From contig DASRZP010000063.1 of NCBI GenBank assembly GCA_035686305.1, forward strand, positions 4,396-68,395: 64,000 nucleotides of DNA. Reading direction: 5' to 3'. Source of the DNA: Thermodesulfovibrionales bacterium. Lineage in GTDB: Bacteria; Nitrospirota; Thermodesulfovibrionia; Thermodesulfovibrionales; UBA9159. The notes beneath the pieces were generated by a model that was not told where the DNA came from, did no database searches, and was given only the letters and a program-made list of their open reading frames with translations. Positions 1 through 8,446 of the stretch are shown one piece after another (within the stretch, counting starts at the first letter, position 1; the number at the start of each line of letters is the position of its first letter). Position numbers and translations under genes: made by a program.

Positions 1-406
1 CCCTCAGGAGTTCCACAGCCCTGTCCAGTGCTTCTTTTTTTGAGAGCCCTTGATGTGTTGTTATGACCTCAGCGATCTGGTAGCCGATGGTGAGCACGGG
101 GTTGAGTGACGTCATGGGTTCCTGGAATATCATCGACATATCTTTGCCTCTGAGGCTGCGCATGCTCTCTCTATCGAGCTTCAGGAGGTCTCTGCCACTG
201 AACTCGATGGCGCCCGAGGCGAACGAGTTTTCTGGCAATAACCCCATGATGGCAAGTGCCGTAAGACTCTTCCCACAACCGCTTTCACCGACAAGACCGA
301 AAATCTCGGCCTTCTGTATTATGAAACTGAGTTTTTTTACGACATCGAGCGGGGCTGGGGAACCATGAAAGGAAATGGATAGATCCCTCACTTCGAGCAG
401 GGACAC
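1..406 (-). CDS. ABC transporter ATP-binding protein, oligopeptide/dipeptide (OppD/DppD-like); N-terminal part only, gene runs off the window start
   Basis: Not in the ORF track because it is open at the window edge. My minus-strand translation from GTG at 406 reads VSLLEVRDLSISFHGSPAPLDVVKKLSFIIQKAEIFGLVGESGCGKSLTALAIMGLLPENS...MIFQEPMTSLNPV. It has Walker A GESGCGKS and the FQEPMTSLNP signature of Opp/Dpp ATPases. The + ORF 87..368 is its antisense shadow. Confidence 0.8.
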   Translation of the reverse strand, partial: MSLLEVRDLSISFHGSPAPLDVVKKLSFIIQKAEIFGLVGESGCGKSLTALAIMGLLPENSFASGAIEFSGRDLLKLDRESMRSLRGKDMSMIFQEPMTSLNPVLTIGYQIAEVITTHQGLSKKEALDRAVELLR

Positions 407-411
407 CGGTT

Positions 412-1203
412 CTACTGTTCCTCTTGTCTGAAAAGCTTGAGGTACGTCGTTGCCTCTTTCAGGTTCGGATTACGGGCAGCAGCGCGCTCCCACTCCTCAA
501 AGGCAAGTCCGATCATCCCTTTCATATAATAAGTAATGCCGAGTTGGACCCAAGCCTGGCCATAGTCGGGATTGCTCTCCTTCGCCCTTGTAAACTGGAC
601 CACTGCCTCTTCATAGTCCCCCTTGCTTCTGAGGGCCATCCCGAGTTTCGTGCAGATGTCTGCAGCACCCCCGTGAAGCTTGAGCGCCTTGCGATACTCC
701 TCAATGGCTTCATCAAGCATACCAAAATCGAGATAAATATTCCCGATCTTGTAATGCTCGTTGGCAAGTTTGCCGGCAGCAAAAGGGTCAAGGGCAGAGG
801 GTGAGGTGTGGGCTATCTTGGCTGCGAGAAAAAAGACCTCCTGGGCTTTCTTGAACTCGCCCATATCATTGTATGCGATGACAAGGTTAAGGGATGCCTC
901 AGTATACTTGGGATTCAGCTGAACGGCACGGACGAAGAAGCTCGAGGCTTCGTGAACCCTGCCGTTCAGATGTGCGATCACTCCCAGCATATTCCAGACA
1001 TCCGCGTAGCCAGGGCCCTGTTCTATAACATCTTTCAGAACAGATTCAGCCTCGGCGTATCTACCTGCCTCAAAAAGTTCCTTGCCCAGTTGATGGGAGT
1101 CATAGAGCTCGTTCTTCATGCTTGAAGAAGTATATGAGTTAAAAGGATTCTTTGTCAAGAAGGAGCTAATAGGTTGAACGTATTCGCCCTGTTTTCCTGT
1201 CAA
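412..1203 (-). CDS. TPR repeat protein
   Basis: 263-aa ORF with consecutive 34-aa TPR-like units (AEAESVLKDVIEQGPGYADVWNMLGVIAHLNGRVHEASSFFVRAVQLNPKYTEASLNLVIAY...). The start is uncertain: TTG at 1203 overlaps the upstream gene by 38 nt, and ATG at 1119 is the alternative. Confidence 0.75.
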   Translation of the reverse strand: MTGKQGEYVQPISSFLTKNPFNSYTSSSMKNELYDSHQLGKELFEAGRYAEAESVLKDVIEQGPGYADVWNMLGVIAHLNGRVHEASSFFVRAVQLNPKYTEASLNLVIAYNDMGEFKKAQEVFFLAAKIAHTSPSALDPFAAGKLANEHYKIGNIYLDFGMLDEAIEEYRKALKLHGGAADICTKLGMALRSKGDYEEAVVQFTRAKESNPDYGQAWVQLGITYYMKGMIGLAFEEWERAAARNPNLKEATTYLKLFRQEEQ

Positions 1204-1474
1204 AAAGTATCCTGTCCACCAGTCTGTTGTCCCGGTATATGTCCGCCTCTATGAATCTCTCCTTGTGTTTCATGTTTGTTGCCCGGAGCCCCTTGCTTCC
1301 GAAGTACCCTGCTATGGCCCTTTCGGCCTCCGAAGGCCCGAGGCTCTCCCTGCACGTGCCGTAGGCACTGCACCATTGGCTGTAATCGCCGTAAGGCGTA
1401 ACGCGGTCGGCTGCGTAAGAGACAGTGGCAGTAAGAAGAAAGAGCATTGCTGAAATGATATAGGTCATCGGCAT
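1166..1474 (-). CDS. small secreted hypothetical protein
   Basis: 102-aa ORF with an N-terminal signal-like segment MPMTYIISAMLFLLTATVSYAA. It lies in the same minus-strand gene string. No family recognised. Confidence 0.45.
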   Translation of the reverse strand: MPMTYIISAMLFLLTATVSYAADRVTPYGDYSQWCSAYGTCRESLGPSEAERAIAGYFGSKGLRATNMKHKERFIEADIYRDNRLVDRILFDRKTGRIRSTY

Positions 1475-1526
1475 ACTCCCCTATCCTTATTCAACTCCAA
1501 AAGCATGAAGAAAATATGAAGAAGCT

Positions 1527-1802
1527 TCATATCCCGTCGAGACCCTTGATAACGACAACCTTTTGGCGTGAGGTTAAACCCCTGACGACACGTATAGAGC
1601 TCCTGGCAATTCCAAGCTCTTCAGAAAGGACTTCGATAAGTTGCTCATTTGCAGCTCCGTCAACGGGAGGTGCGGTGAGGTTAACCTTAATCGTTTCGCC
1701 GACTACCCCTCCGATTCCCTTTCTTGATGATCGCGGCTGGACCCTGACATTCATTACAATCCCGTCTTTTGTCTTCTTAAAGGGTAGTCTCATTTTTTGC
1801 AT
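1527..1802 (-). CDS. DUF167 / YggU family protein
   Basis: 91 aa. GIVMNVRVQPRSSRKGIGGVVGETIKVNLTAPPVDGAANEQLIEVLSEELGIARSSIRVVRGLTSRQKVV matches the characteristic YggU pattern (V.P.a....i.g......lkv....pP.dG.AN..l...La..l). Confidence 0.75.
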   Translation of the reverse strand: MQKMRLPFKKTKDGIVMNVRVQPRSSRKGIGGVVGETIKVNLTAPPVDGAANEQLIEVLSEELGIARSSIRVVRGLTSRQKVVVIKGLDGI

Positions 1803-1855
1803 GACCTATTAGGGCTGAGGGAAGGGAGCGAAAATTCGTCTGGTACTGCCTTATC

Positions 1856-3253
1856 TCACCCCCGGCACTTTCTCTCATCGGGCAGCCATATCCTGAATGC
1901 CGTTCCTTCTTTGACCTCGCTTCTGACCTCGATTCTCCCCCCCATGACATCGACAAGCTCCTTCACAATCGAAAGCCCTATGCCGATCCCTTTATCCGGT
2001 CTCTCCCTGCCCCTGTAAAACCTCTTGAATATATTCGGAAGCTCTTCTTCCGGGATACCGATTCCGGTGTCTCTCACTTCAACAAAAAATTCTCCGTCAA
2101 CCTTGCCGTAGTCGAGGGAGACCCCTCCTTCCTCGGTATATTTGAGGGAATTCGAGATGATGTTCTTGAGTATCCTTTCGAGTTTATCAAAGTCGGTCAC
2201 AACGTCAATATCGGCGTTGCCGAGCATCGTGAATTGAAGCCCTTTCTCATGGAAGACCGGTTCGATAGAGCTCTCTATTTCCCTGAGAAATTCCTTCAGG
2301 TTCACCCTTCTGTGCTCACCGGGAGCAAAGAAACTCGCCTCTGCCTTTGTCAGGTCTTCGATTCCCTCAACGAGTCTTGTCAGTTTCTCTAGTTCGATTC
2401 TTACGGTTTCGAGGCCCTCTGATCTGTCCTCGATGACTCCGTCGATCATGGCCTCTACCTGTGCCTTCATGATCGCGAGAGGGGTCCTCAGCTCGTGAGC
2501 AATGTTCGATGTGAGGCGCTTTCTCAGCCCCTCCTCCTTCTCGAGGGCCTCAGCCATATAGTCGAATCTTTCGGACAGCGCTGCAATCTCATCACCCAGG
2601 AATCTGCCCAGCCTGAGCCTTGATGGCGGCATCTGCTCCACTCTTACGCTAAAGTCACCCCTTGCCACCCTGTCTGCCGCTGCCTTCAGCTTCTTGATTG
2701 GACGAGAGAGATAGAGGCTGAAGAAAACGGCCATGGCTACTGCGCCGGCGCCCGCGATAACGAAAGACATGATGAGAAAGTTCCAGCCCCTTCTCTTGAA
2801 TATGGTCTCTTTGACGACACCCGTCCCGCTCTTGGTCAGGGGTCTGACCAGGAGCGTGCCGAGTTCCCTATCCTCGATATAGAGGGGGTACCGCTCGTAG
2901 TCGCCTTCTGCCCCGTGGACATGAATAATGGACTCCATCCTCCGTTTCATAGCGGGGGGGAGGGACCCCATGACACTATGGGAGTCGGCAAGCTTCGTCC
3001 CGTCCCTGTCTTCGACTCTTATATCAAAGCCGAGCATCATGCCCCAGTGGATCGTCTCAGACAAGAGGTTCATATCCCACGTTCCGTCGTGATAGCTGCC
3101 TTCCACGGAAGCCATGACCCAGTACAGATGGTCCTCCCTCGTGCCCTTCATATACTCATCAAAATCGTTCATGATAAGCTGCACAAAGATAAGGTTCGAT
3201 ATGAGGGCAGTGAGGATTACGAGGAGAAAGGCGAGAAAAAGCTTATTCCTCAT
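1856..3253 (-). CDS. sensor histidine kinase (TM-HAMP-HisKA-HATPase)
   Basis: H-box SNIAHELRTPLAIM. N/G boxes NIISNSLKYT and DTGIGIPEEELPNIFKRFYRG...GIGIGLSIVKELV. I trimmed the start to ATG 3253 (MRNKLFLAFLLVILTAL, a TM segment), which overlaps the regulator stop by 11 nt. The ORF-track start at 3448 would run through the regulator gene. Confidence 0.85.
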   Translation of the reverse strand: MRNKLFLAFLLVILTALISNLIFVQLIMNDFDEYMKGTREDHLYWVMASVEGSYHDGTWDMNLLSETIHWGMMLGFDIRVEDRDGTKLADSHSVMGSLPPAMKRRMESIIHVHGAEGDYERYPLYIEDRELGTLLVRPLTKSGTGVVKETIFKRRGWNFLIMSFVIAGAGAVAMAVFFSLYLSRPIKKLKAAADRVARGDFSVRVEQMPPSRLRLGRFLGDEIAALSERFDYMAEALEKEEGLRKRLTSNIAHELRTPLAIMKAQVEAMIDGVIEDRSEGLETVRIELEKLTRLVEGIEDLTKAEASFFAPGEHRRVNLKEFLREIESSIEPVFHEKGLQFTMLGNADIDVVTDFDKLERILKNIISNSLKYTEEGGVSLDYGKVDGEFFVEVRDTGIGIPEEELPNIFKRFYRGRERPDKGIGIGLSIVKELVDVMGGRIEVRSEVKEGTAFRIWLPDERKCRG

Positions 3254-3947
3254 CGGGCACGCCGGTAAACTTATAGCCGACTCCGTAAACGGTCTTGATG
3301 AACTGGGGGTTTCTTTGGTCGTCTTCGATCTTGTGTCGCAAGTTCTTAACATGGGCATCAACGGTCCTGTCATAGCCCTCAAAGTCATAGCCCTGGACCA
3401 TATTGATAAGTTGGAGCCTCGACAGCACCCTGCCAGGCCTTTCAGCAAGGATCACCAAGATCTTGAATTCCGTATGCGTCAGGGACAACGGCTCCCCCTT
3501 TTTCTTCGCCTCAAGAGTTTCCGTGTCCATGACGAGAAGTCCGTTATTGAAACTCAGGACCTTCCTTGCCAATTTTCTTGTCCTCCTCGTGTGGGCCTTT
3601 ACCCGTGCCACGAGCTCCCTGGGACTGAAGGGCTTCACAACATAATCATCTGCCCCTATGCCGAGCCCCCGTATCCTGTCCTCTTCTCCGCTCTTTGCCG
3701 TAAGCATGATGATCGGAACGTCCGAAGACTCCCGCACAGCCTTACAGAGGTCTTCGCCCGAGATATCAGGGAGCATAAGGTCGAGGATGATGAGATCGGG
3801 ACTGATCTTCAGGAGGCCCATGGCCTTTTCCCCGGTATCAGCCACCACGGCGCTGAAACCTTCCCGTTCAAGATACATTACAACGATGTCCGAGATCTTC
3901 TTCTCGTCTTCAACGACCAATATTGTTCCTGGCTTCCCAGTGTCCAT
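3243..3947 (-). CDS. OmpR-family response regulator
   Basis: Receiver domain (ILVVEDEKK...DLIILDLMLPDISG...IIMLTAK) plus a winged-helix C-terminus (LTHTEFKILVILAERPGRVLSR...VDAHVKNLRHKIE...IKTVYGVGYKF). Confidence 0.9.
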   Translation of the reverse strand: MDTGKPGTILVVEDEKKISDIVVMYLEREGFSAVVADTGEKAMGLLKISPDLIILDLMLPDISGEDLCKAVRESSDVPIIMLTAKSGEEDRIRGLGIGADDYVVKPFSPRELVARVKAHTRRTRKLARKVLSFNNGLLVMDTETLEAKKKGEPLSLTHTEFKILVILAERPGRVLSRLQLINMVQGYDFEGYDRTVDAHVKNLRHKIEDDQRNPQFIKTVYGVGYKFTGVPDEE

Positions 3948-4797
3948 AATACCCCTCTCCTAAGAGCCATGTTATTGCAGCGAGGAGAACTCCTCCTATG
4001 ACGTCCACGACATAATGATACCTGCAGTATACCGTCGAAAAGATGAGCATCGCCATGACGGGCAGCGCTACGAAGAAGAACATCCTGTGGAACCGGTATC
4101 CGAGGGCCGAGACAACGAGGGCCACGCCTGTGTGTCCGCTCGGAAAGGCATCCCTCTTAATCCCCTCGAGGCTGTTAAGCATGGCCTGGACAGGTTCCGC
4201 GGCAACGATGCCCTTCAGTTCGAGGGACTGAAGGTGAACCATGGTGTACCGCGGGCCGAGAGCAGGGAAGAGCATATATCCGATATAGGAAAGATAAAAG
4301 CAGAGGAGGATCAGGAAGACCGCCCTGTTAAAATCATGCTCCCTCTTCTCGAACTTTAATATGAGACAGAGAGAGATGGGGAGGAAGTAATAGGTCGAAT
4401 AGGCGATCTGGAAGATATCAGTCAGGAGAGGGCTATAGATGGATTCCAGAGCGACTGTCGGGTAGCTCTTAAAGATAAGGTAATCAAGCCTTATGAGCAT
4501 CGGGTCGATATCCCGTGGATTGATTGCATGAACAAGGGCTTCCAGACTGTCGAAAACGATGAGTACACAGACGATGGGGAAGATGACGGTCCGCGCAAAG
4601 TCCCCAAACCTCGTTTTCCACAGGACGTCCTCATTCTTCATGAGCATGATCTGAACAAGGCAGGGGAGAGCATAGAGCGCGATGATGGCAGGTGCGTGGC
4701 GGATCTTCCCGTGAAAGACCACGGCAACGGCCATGAGGAAGCAAAGAAAGATTACTGTCAGCGATTCGGCAGGCCTGAAACGGAAGACGATCCTCAT
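3910..4797 (-). CDS. PAP2-superfamily membrane phosphatase/phosphotransferase
   Basis: 295-aa polytopic protein with PAP2 motifs (KRDAFPSGHTGVA and YCRYHYVVDVIGG). Its ATG overlaps the upstream stop as ATGA at 4797. Confidence 0.7.
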   Translation of the reverse strand: MRIVFRFRPAESLTVIFLCFLMAVAVVFHGKIRHAPAIIALYALPCLVQIMLMKNEDVLWKTRFGDFARTVIFPIVCVLIVFDSLEALVHAINPRDIDPMLIRLDYLIFKSYPTVALESIYSPLLTDIFQIAYSTYYFLPISLCLILKFEKREHDFNRAVFLILLCFYLSYIGYMLFPALGPRYTMVHLQSLELKGIVAAEPVQAMLNSLEGIKRDAFPSGHTGVALVVSALGYRFHRMFFFVALPVMAMLIFSTVYCRYHYVVDVIGGVLLAAITWLLGEGYYGHWEARNNIGR

Positions 4798-5306
4798 CAG
4801 AGTCTTGACAGCGCCCTCCTCATGGCCTTTTCTTTCCTCGACAACTTCAGGGGATTGCCTTTCCGTCGGTCATGCCCCGGGGTATCATCCTCGTCCTTTT
4901 CACCATCTGAAGGGTCAGGGTAAGAGTACGGCCGGGATCCCGGCGCTTCGATATGAGGGAGGAAGGCATCGGATGGCAGAGGGATGCAGTTTCGTGACCA
5001 TGCATGATCGGCAATCTCGCGATCAGAGCTGACAACAATCCATTCTCGCCTCTCCGTCGAAATGATCCTCTTTATGACAAGGTCAGCCTTCTCCCCGAGC
5101 CGTGAATATACGATCCTCACTCCGCTCCTCATGGAAGAGCTCTCGGCGCCTCTGCCGGACTTCCAGCCGTCAAAGACGACAACGATGCTGTGCCTCCGGT
5201 TCTTGTTGTAGTGTATAAGGCGGCCGATGAGCCTTTCCCTTTGGCCTTCGAGGTCCCTATGATAGATGCCGATAAGATTGTAACCGTCTATAATGATAGA
5301 AGAAAT
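4797..5306 (-). CDS. NYN-domain YacP/Rae1-like protein (start codon non-canonical or unresolved)
   Basis: The ORF track gives only the C-terminal 111 aa (4797..5132). The same frame stays open up to a TAA stop at 5325..5327. It encodes ...ISSIIIDGYNLIGIYHRDLEGQRERLIGRLIHYNKNRRHSIVVVFDGWKSGRGAESSS before MRSGVRIVYS, which is the catalytic N-half of YacP-like NYN proteins. There is no in-frame ATG/GTG/TTG in that stretch. ATT at 5306 would give about 169 aa. Confidence 0.6.
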   Translation of the reverse strand: MSSIIIDGYNLIGIYHRDLEGQRERLIGRLIHYNKNRRHSIVVVFDGWKSGRGAESSSMRSGVRIVYSRLGEKADLVIKRIISTERREWIVVSSDREIADHAWSRNCIPLPSDAFLPHIEAPGSRPYSYPDPSDGEKDEDDTPGHDRRKGNPLKLSRKEKAMRRALSRL

Positions 5307-5319
5307 CTTCTGCTCCGTG

Positions 5320-5883
5320 CTAGGAAAAATCGTTTATGGTCAGGATGGAGTGAACAGGATAGCCCAGCTTCTCTATGTTCTGCCTGCCTTCACTTTCACA
5401 TCGGTCGAGGAGGATGATGACCGCCATGATATTCAGCCCGGCCTTTCTCGCGGCTTCGATAGCCTTTATGGTCGAGCCCCCTGTTGTGACCACGTCATCT
5501 ATGATGATGACCTCATCATCGGGACCGACATTCCCCTCGATCTGGCTCATCGTCCCGTGGCCCTTCGGCTCCTTCCGGATGACCAGGGCCTCGATAGGCT
5601 CCTGCCTCAGATAGGAGGTATAGGCAGTTGCTGTCGCAATGGGGTCGGCTCCCATCGTGAGCCCACCGATGGCCTTCGGACTCAGCCCTAGCTCCTTGAT
5701 CTTATCAAAGACGAGGGAGCCTACGAGGCACTGTCCTTCAGGGGAATAGGTGGTCTTCTTCAGATTGAAATAGAAGCTACTCATCTTGCCAGAGGAGAGC
5801 CGGAAGGTGGGGGTATCGGCTTTCTGGAGCGAGTGTTTCTTTATGTAATCGATGAGCCGCTCTCTCCTATTCATGATCCTCAA
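5320..5883 (-). CDS. pyrE: orotate phosphoribosyltransferase
   Basis: 187 aa. PRPP-binding loop VIIIDDVVTTGGSTIKAIE, with type-I PRT length and architecture and OPRTase-like N-terminal FRLSSGKMSSFYFN. Confidence 0.85.
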   Translation of the reverse strand: MRIMNRRERLIDYIKKHSLQKADTPTFRLSSGKMSSFYFNLKKTTYSPEGQCLVGSLVFDKIKELGLSPKAIGGLTMGADPIATATAYTSYLRQEPIEALVIRKEPKGHGTMSQIEGNVGPDDEVIIIDDVVTTGGSTIKAIEAARKAGLNIMAVIILLDRCESEGRQNIEKLGYPVHSILTINDFS

Positions 5884-6172
5884 CTATATCAGATAATCAC
5901 GGAATTATCAAAACCTTGCGGGAACCCGTTACCTGATCGTCCCGCCCGGCCTCAGTTACGCTGTAATCTTCTCTTTGCACAAAATATCTTGTCCGGGAAG
6001 GCAGGCTTGGCGAGAAGCCTTGTATTGCGATACCTTTAATGGTTGCCGACTGCCTCTGTGTGCTCATTGGGGAAATGACTCTCGACAAACTCCTCGGAAT
6101 ACCTCAATTTCAGAATCTCATCGCATTTACAAGGCGATCCATGCCTGCCTGACCGTTAGACGGTAAGTAACG

Positions 6173-7012
6173 TCACCTTCCCTCTTCCATCAGAATGTCC
6201 AGTAGCCTGTCGAGCTCGTCGAGTGAAGCGTATTCGATCTCTATCCTCCCCTTCTTGCCTCTGTGAAGGATGCGGACCTTTGTGCCGAGGTGCTGGAGGA
6301 GTTTCCTCTCAAGGCACTCTATCTGGGCGTCCTTCTTCTTCGGATGGGCTGTCTTCTTCTTTGTCCCGCCATGGATCTTTTGTGCCAGGGCTTCAGCCTC
6401 CCTAACGCTCAGACCCCTGTGGATTACCCTCCTCGCCGCCTCTATCTGGTTCTGCCTCCCCTCGATCGAGAGGATCGCCCTGGCATGACCCATGCTCAAG
6501 GAACCGTCGTTGACAAAGGCCTTTATCTCCTCGGGGAGCTTCAGCAGCCTGAGATAATTGGCGACCGTTGCCCTGTCCTTTCCGACCTTCGAGGAGAGCT
6601 CTTCCTGGGTGAGCTTAAACTCTCCCATGAGACGGTGAAAGGCCTCTGCCGTCTCAACAGGGTTCAGGTCCTCCCTCTGGATGTTTTCGATGAGCGCTAT
6701 TTCGAGAGAATCTGCCGAAGCGACATCCTTGATCATCGCAGGGATCTTCTTGAGTCCCGCAAGGGCCGACGCCCTCCACCGTCTCTCTCCGGCAATAAGC
6801 CTGAATGTCCCCTCGCCTGTCCGGGACACGATCACGGGCTGGAGGACACCCCTTTCCCTAATAGAAGCAGCCAGGTCCTGCAATGCCGGGTCCCGAAAGA
6901 CCTTCCTCGGCTGCTGCTCGCCGGGGATGATGCGGGTGATATCGATATTGATGATCTCCTGAGTCTTTTCAGGAAGGAGGGACTCAAGGCCCTTACCTAA
7001 AGCCGTTTTCAT
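6173..7012 (-). CDS. parB: chromosome partitioning protein ParB/Spo0J
   Basis: MKTALGKGLESLLP..., ParB box GERRWRASALAGL, and an HTH region LTQEELSSKVGKDRATVANYLRLLKLP. I trimmed the start to ATG 7012, a 20-nt overlap with parA. Confidence 0.9.
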   Translation of the reverse strand: MKTALGKGLESLLPEKTQEIINIDITRIIPGEQQPRKVFRDPALQDLAASIRERGVLQPVIVSRTGEGTFRLIAGERRWRASALAGLKKIPAMIKDVASADSLEIALIENIQREDLNPVETAEAFHRLMGEFKLTQEELSSKVGKDRATVANYLRLLKLPEEIKAFVNDGSLSMGHARAILSIEGRQNQIEAARRVIHRGLSVREAEALAQKIHGGTKKKTAHPKKKDAQIECLERKLLQHLGTKVRILHRGKKGRIEIEYASLDELDRLLDILMEEGR

Positions 7013-7763
7013 GAAGGATCTCCTTTGCCAGGGAAAGATAGCTCTGCGCTCCGGTGGAGCGGGCATCGTAGAGGATCGCCGGCTTGCCGTGGCTCGGCGC
7101 CTCACCCAGGCTGACATTGCGGGGTATCACTGCCTTAAAGACCTTGTCGCCAAAATGTCGTCGGACCTCTGCCGCAACCTGATGGGATAGACTGTTCCTT
7201 GTATCGAACATCGTGAGCAAGATACCCTTGATTTCAAGGGATGGGTTGAAGGAATTCCTGACACGCTGAAGCGTCCTCGTGAGGAGACTGAGTCCTTCAA
7301 GGGCGTAATATTCGCATTGGACCGGTACGATTACGGAATCTGCCGCTACGAGGGCATTCAAGGAGAGAAGTCCAAGAGACGGCGGGCAGTCTACCAGGAC
7401 ATACTGATATCTATCCTTTATCCGGGCAACGATCTCCGAAAGAATCCACTCCCGTCCCTCCCTCCCCACCAGCTCGATATCCACACCGAGAAGGTCAACT
7501 GTCGACGGCAAGATGTCGAGATGCTGGATTGCCGTCGGAACAATAGCCTCTTCCGTGGTGCATCTGCCAGCATAGGTGTCGTAAAGACTCCTCGTGCCCT
7601 CCTCGCGCTCGATGCCCAGACCGCTTGTGGAGTTCCCCTGGGGATCGGTATCGATGATGAGGATGTCTTTTTCAGCTAATGCGAGTGATGCGGCCAGATT
7701 AATGGCAGTCGTTGTCTTCCCTACCCCGCCCTTCTGGTTTACGATAGCTACCGTGGTGCCCAT
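6993..7763 (-). CDS. parA: chromosome partitioning ATPase ParA/Soj
   Basis: Deviant Walker A NQKGGVGKTTTAINLA, plus IIDTDPQGN and YVLVDCPPSLG. Confidence 0.9.
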   Translation of the reverse strand: MGTTVAIVNQKGGVGKTTTAINLAASLALAEKDILIIDTDPQGNSTSGLGIEREEGTRSLYDTYAGRCTTEEAIVPTAIQHLDILPSTVDLLGVDIELVGREGREWILSEIVARIKDRYQYVLVDCPPSLGLLSLNALVAADSVIVPVQCEYYALEGLSLLTRTLQRVRNSFNPSLEIKGILLTMFDTRNSLSHQVAAEVRRHFGDKVFKAVIPRNVSLGEAPSHGKPAILYDARSTGAQSYLSLAKEILHENGFR

Positions 7764-7837
7764 CGAGTAATTCTACCAGAGTCAAAGTTTGCAGGGCAAG
7801 GCTGAACGGATTACTAAAATGCGCCTACAAAGAGTCA

Positions 7838-7853
7838 TGTTCCCCGTGGAACA
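7838..7853. other. parS centromere-like site (one central mismatch)
   Basis: TGTTCCCCGTGGAACA, compared with the known parS consensus TGTTNCACGTGAAACA. It lies 75 bp upstream of the parA start. Confidence 0.7.
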
Positions 7854-8409
7854 TTCCCTTCTATCCGGTCCCGGCGTTCATTCACAGACGTCCCGGCCGC
7901 ATCGATTCGCAGGCAAGAATCGGCTTATTGGCCGGTTCGTTCGTACAGATCGAATCCGTGTTCATGACAGAGCGTTTTTGGGGGTTGCGTGCCCAATCAG
8001 GCCATAGAGAGCTATTCTCTCGCCAAAAGCGGATCGCAATTCCCGACGTGACGACGGATGAAATGACATGGGTTAGATTGCCGGGCCGGGGTATGATAAA
8101 CCTGAACCTGAGGCAATTCTCAATTTCTGCCGTAAGGCCCGTCATGGGGACAAGAGGCGCCGCTGACAGCGACGGGGCACTGAATGCCGGAAAGGGAGGG
8201 CAAGGGAAAGTGGCAGACCCAGAGAATGAGGTCGGGCCTCGTGTCCATAGAAGTAGCCCTGCTTACCCGTTCGATCACCCTCTTCTCACGGTGAATGCAG
8301 GAAATCTGATCCGATAAAAACCCGACACCCATAAATTCTATTATAGCATCTCTAAGGTTCTATTTGGGAACTAGGCGCCCACCTTCCGTCTGCTGAAGTT
8401 CCTTTGAGA

Positions 8410-8425
8410 TGTTCCACGTGGAACA
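8410..8425. other. parS centromere-like site (perfect 16-bp palindrome)
   Basis: TGTTCCACGTGGAACA. The half-site TGTTCCAC is identical to a Bacillus-type parS half-site. Together with flanking bases it shares 17/18 positions with the copy at 7837..7854. Confidence 0.75.
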
Positions 8426-8446
8426 CCAAGAGGATGCCGCACATCC

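Noticed and set aside
87-368. 93-aa + strand ORF at the window start.
   Set aside because: It is antisense to the ABC ATPase, whose Walker A and Opp/Dpp signature read clearly on the minus strand.
3114-4001. 295-aa + strand ORF (also 2915..3268 and 3658..3963).
   Set aside because: These are antisense to the response-regulator and histidine-kinase genes, which have unambiguous domain motifs. They are shadow ORFs.
7855-8408. RNase P RNA, tmRNA or SRP RNA in the inter-parS gap.
   Set aside because: Only short local resemblances exist. The universal elements are absent: GGAAAGUCC for RNase P, the tRNA-like 3' end with GGUUCGA...CCA for tmRNA, and the SRP domain IV motif. The RNase P-like pieces are also in the wrong order.
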